A stretch of DNA of 30,402 nt from Opitutales bacterium (GTDB taxonomy: Bacteria > Verrucomicrobiota > Verrucomicrobiia > Opitutales > JABSRG01), in the NCBI GenBank assembly GCA_049599475.1, contig JBMYOQ010000055.1:1-30402 (forward strand). Direction: 5' to 3'. Within the stretch, counting starts at the first letter, position 1, and each line of letters starts with the position of its first letter. Under the pieces are notes generated by a model, which made no database searches, had not been told where the DNA came from, and saw only the letters and a list, made by a program, of their open reading frames with translations. Shown here piece by piece: positions 28,163 through 30,402 of this stretch. Position numbers and translations under genes: made by a program.

Positions 28163-29554
28163 TTAGTCAATCTGAAGTCCAAACTGGGCAGCGAATCGGA
28201 GGCAGGCTTCTTGGAATTGTTCCGGGCTCTCCACTGCCGTTTCGAGTGCAACGGTGTGCGTATAGGATGCAGTTCCTCCGCTTTTGGGTGCCCATCCGAA
28301 GATCTGCTGGCATCCGGAGGAATCCCATATGTCGTGGAGGTTCGAGTGAGGTTGCCAGTCGCAAATGGTGTCGGGAAACAAGGACGCCAGGGATTGGATC
28401 GTCGCTTCCGCGTCTTGGGACGTGTCTACCGGGAAGCTGCGATCGGTCATTTCTTTGATCGAATCTAGAGCTAAGGTTTCAGCATTTCCCATCATCCAAA
28501 ATGCCATATCAGGGCGTGCTGCTCTTATTTTTTGTAGGACAGATGCGAGGGCTGTTACCCAGTCGACCTGAGTGGGCAGGCGCATCACCACACGAGTTTC
28601 ACGGGAAATCGAGGCGGCGCCCATCAACTCTGCGGACGTGTCCAGCCAGACTTTTTTGTTTTCTAGAGAGAATCTCTTTTCGGGAGACGATTCTGTTCTC
28701 CAGCGATTGTGGGACCAAAGCCAGTCAGGGATAATCTCCGGCCGGCTTCTCATCTGGTTCTCAAGCCATATTTGAATCCCCGCGGTGAGTTTCTCCGGTG
28801 ATGTTGCCCATTCTTCTGGAAGTTGCTCGACCTGCAGGGCGCCCCTCCAGAAGGATCTGCGCTCGACCCAGATAACGCGAATTTCTGCCCGGAATTTTTT
28901 CGCGAGAATACTCGGTAGGTCCGTTGCAGCGCACAGTCTGCCCATAAAAAGAACCAGGCCTCCGCTCGTTCGTGTGTTCTGATCGAAGAGGATGGACACC
29001 TGGCCTCCTCGTCGGAGGCACTGAATGCATTCTACGAAACCTTCCTTGCGGGCACGAAAATGGGTTCCGTGTTTTTCTCGTGAAGCTTTGATGTGTTCTT
29101 CCAGAGCCTGTTGGTTTAAAGAGCGATAGATGCAGATGATCTCGTTTTTCTGTTCGCTTGGCACCACGGTCTTCAGCCATGGCTGCATCTCCATGAGTGT
29201 AAAGTGGGGAACGAGATAGACTACGGGCCGCGCCGCGTCGGACTTGGACTTAAAAAAGGTCTGGGCGGATTCACTGACTTCTAGGGAACGCTTCACGCGC
29301 TTCTCAGAAAACTGACCTGCGCAGAAGGACAGCAGGCTCATTTCGACCATTCGTACGCAGCTGGTTTTACCAATCTTCTCGAGCTCAGCCAAAGGTTTTT
29401 CAGGAAAGGCATGGCTCAAATTCGAAAGTATGATGCGCCGGCGCTTTTTCGAAAAACGGTAAAACGCGCCTCCTAGCCCCGCGCACAGAGCCTCAAGCAG
29501 CTTCTCGGGGACTAGAGAGAGAAATATGGATATCAGTTTGAGGATTCTGCGCAT
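28163..29554 (-). CDS. LpxL/HtrB-family lipid A acyltransferase fused to a degenerate GT9-like N-terminal domain
   Basis: NLSHAFPE, PHFTLME (HxxxxE), ILFDQN, WLWSHNRWR; then VVMRLP...LQKIRAARPD resembling the heptosyltransferase N-terminus. Confidence 0.75.
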   Translation of the reverse strand: MRRILKLISIFLSLVPEKLLEALCAGLGGAFYRFSKKRRRIILSNLSHAFPEKPLAELEKIGKTSCVRMVEMSLLSFCAGQFSEKRVKRSLEVSESAQTFFKSKSDAARPVVYLVPHFTLMEMQPWLKTVVPSEQKNEIICIYRSLNQQALEEHIKASREKHGTHFRARKEGFVECIQCLRRGGQVSILFDQNTRTSGGLVLFMGRLCAATDLPSILAKKFRAEIRVIWVERRSFWRGALQVEQLPEEWATSPEKLTAGIQIWLENQMRSRPEIIPDWLWSHNRWRTESSPEKRFSLENKKVWLDTSAELMGAASISRETRVVMRLPTQVDWVTALASVLQKIRAARPDMAFWMMGNAETLALDSIKEMTDRSFPVDTSQDAEATIQSLASLFPDTICDWQPHSNLHDIWDSSGCQQIFGWAPKSGGTASYTHTVALETAVESPEQFQEACLRFAAQFGLQID

Positions 29555-29636
29555 TGAGAGCCTAGGGCATCGTTAGTGGAGAGGGGGGAATCTCTCAGGG
29601 CTGGAGCTCCAATTGAAGCTTTTTGTCGCTAAATTG

Positions 29637-29714
29637 TGTAATCTAAATGTAACAATATGGCGAAAATGTGAATTTATGTTGCAAAACTGTAACAAATGGC
29701 GATTGTTTGTAACA
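29637..29714 (+). promoter_or_regulatory. Tandem TGTAACA-type direct repeats (OmpR/PhoB-box-like)
   Basis: TGTAATC 29637 and TGTAACA 29648 (11 apart); TGTTGCA 29677 and TGTAACA 29688 (11 apart); TGTAACA 29708. Confidence 0.45.
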
Positions 29715-30079
29715 TGAAGTTTCAAGATAGCTCACTTTCTACGCTCAAGCAGAAGCTCTTGGGTCTTATTGCTACAGGCCTTTTTCTAGGTGCATCGGCA
29801 CATTTATCCGCCGAGACACGGGCGCCTAATCCGGCTGTGTTACAACCCGTACAGAACAAGTTAGTTCTGAATGCTAAGTATCAGTCTCAGACATGCTCAA
29901 AGGATTTTGTCATCGTCCAATACACGGTCACGGAATCAGGCACGGTGAAAAAGCCACAGGTTATTGCGACAACCAAACCAGTTCTCAATCCGCAGATCGT
30001 GAATGAAATTGAGAAGTGGCGCTTCAAGAAGTCCAAGAAAGGCTCTACGAACGTGCGCCAAAGACTTGTTTTCCAGTAA
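29714..30079 (+). CDS. Short TonB C-terminal-domain protein with signal peptide
   Basis: VIVQYTVTESGTVKKPQVI...IEKWRF resembles TonB-C; signal peptide ending AHLSA; no Pro-rich linker. Confidence 0.7.
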   Translation: MKFQDSSLSTLKQKLLGLIATGLFLGASAHLSAETRAPNPAVLQPVQNKLVLNAKYQSQTCSKDFVIVQYTVTESGTVKKPQVIATTKPVLNPQIVNEIEKWRFKKSKKGSTNVRQRLVFQ

Positions 30080-30121
30080 AACTCTTCTTGCACAATCGAC
30101 CCTAAAATTTGCCCCTATGAA

Positions 30122-30154
30122 GGCTCCTGTTCAGCGTGACAGGGGTCTTTTTTT
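30122..30154 (+). terminator. Rho-independent terminator
   Basis: GGCTCCTGT/ACAGGGGTC stem (two GU pairs) followed by T7. Confidence 0.7.
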
Positions 30155-30204
30155 GTCCCAAATGGATTGTCGGCTATAGGTTTCCCTAAATGTTGCATTC
30201 GGGA

Positions 30205-30347
30205 TAATACCGCTTCGCAAAAATATTGATAAGATGCGGCAATCTGAAACGATATCAGGATGCGAAGGTATATCGGAACAGAAGAGGATCGTCGCCGAGT
30301 AGCTCAGATGGTTGTGTCTGAAAAGCTGGGTTGGCGCAAAGAGCGTT
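30205..30347 (+). mobile_element. Probable left end and first codons of an IS630-like element, interrupted
   Basis: TAATACCGCTTCGCAAAA at 30205 resembles a TA-flanked IS630 end. ATG 30260 opens MRRYIGTEEDRRRVAQMVVSEKLGWRKER, which I recall as similar to IS630 HTH N-termini. Only 29 codons are visible. Confidence 0.4.
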
Positions 30348-30402
30348 TGATTGTCATTTTGCGGGTTAAAGTGCACCACTCGTTTGCGGGTCAAAGTGCA
30401 CC
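30348..30402 (+). mobile_element. Terminus of an IS21-family-like insertion sequence (element continues beyond the window)
   Basis: TGATTGTCATTTTGCGGGTTAAAGTGCACCACTCGTTTGCGGGTCAAAGTGCACC starts with TG, has two ~20-nt repeats, and is an inverted match to 1-55. Confidence 0.7.

Noticed and set aside
3502..30394. The many short ORFs overlapping the called genes (e.g. 4823..5272, 9687..10214, 12909..13328, 21395..21886, 27989..28468, 30131..30394)
   Set aside because: Antisense or off-frame shadows of well-supported genes or of non-coding/IS sequence, with no recognisable domains.
1..30402. Window as a complete circular element or linear replicon with terminal inverted repeats
   Set aside because: The TG/CA termini face into the window, the flanks are not an exact duplication, the interrupted genes differ, and the content is chromosomal housekeeping.

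Overview
This 30.4 kb bacterial chromosomal segment is most likely a whole assembly contig. Gene style suggests Verrucomicrobiota/Opitutales (inference, no search run). Both ends are 55-nt termini of what looks like one IS21-family element. The left terminus removes the start of a lipoprotein gene, and the right one interrupts a probable IS630-like transposase start. Positions 56-3246 form an AT-richer, single-strand run of short unrelated genes: a PEGA/SHOCT lipoprotein, a VOC pseudogene, a NUDIX hydrolase, a membrane protein and a PhyH dioxygenase. Their spacers carry degraded attC-like motifs and a partial duplication, which I read as a decaying integron-type cassette array with no integrase in the window. 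The rest is mostly core or semi-core: a HAD phosphatase, an MlaE/F/D plus PqiC-like transporter, a REC-only regulator, MoxR-DUF58-transglutaminase, an ECF sigma factor with a DUF4349 anti-sigma-like partner, two sulfatases, parA-rnc-mfd-surA, tadA, infA, DUF1080, a lipoprotein, msbA, an LpxL fused to a degenerate half-GT9 domain, and a short TonB C-terminal protein. A candidate sRNA lies at about 3323-3440 (-). I found no rRNA, tRNA or CRISPR array, and no clearly new multi-gene system. The best leads are the decayed cassette array, the candidate sRNA, the LpxL-GT9 fusion and the ECF/DUF4349 pair.
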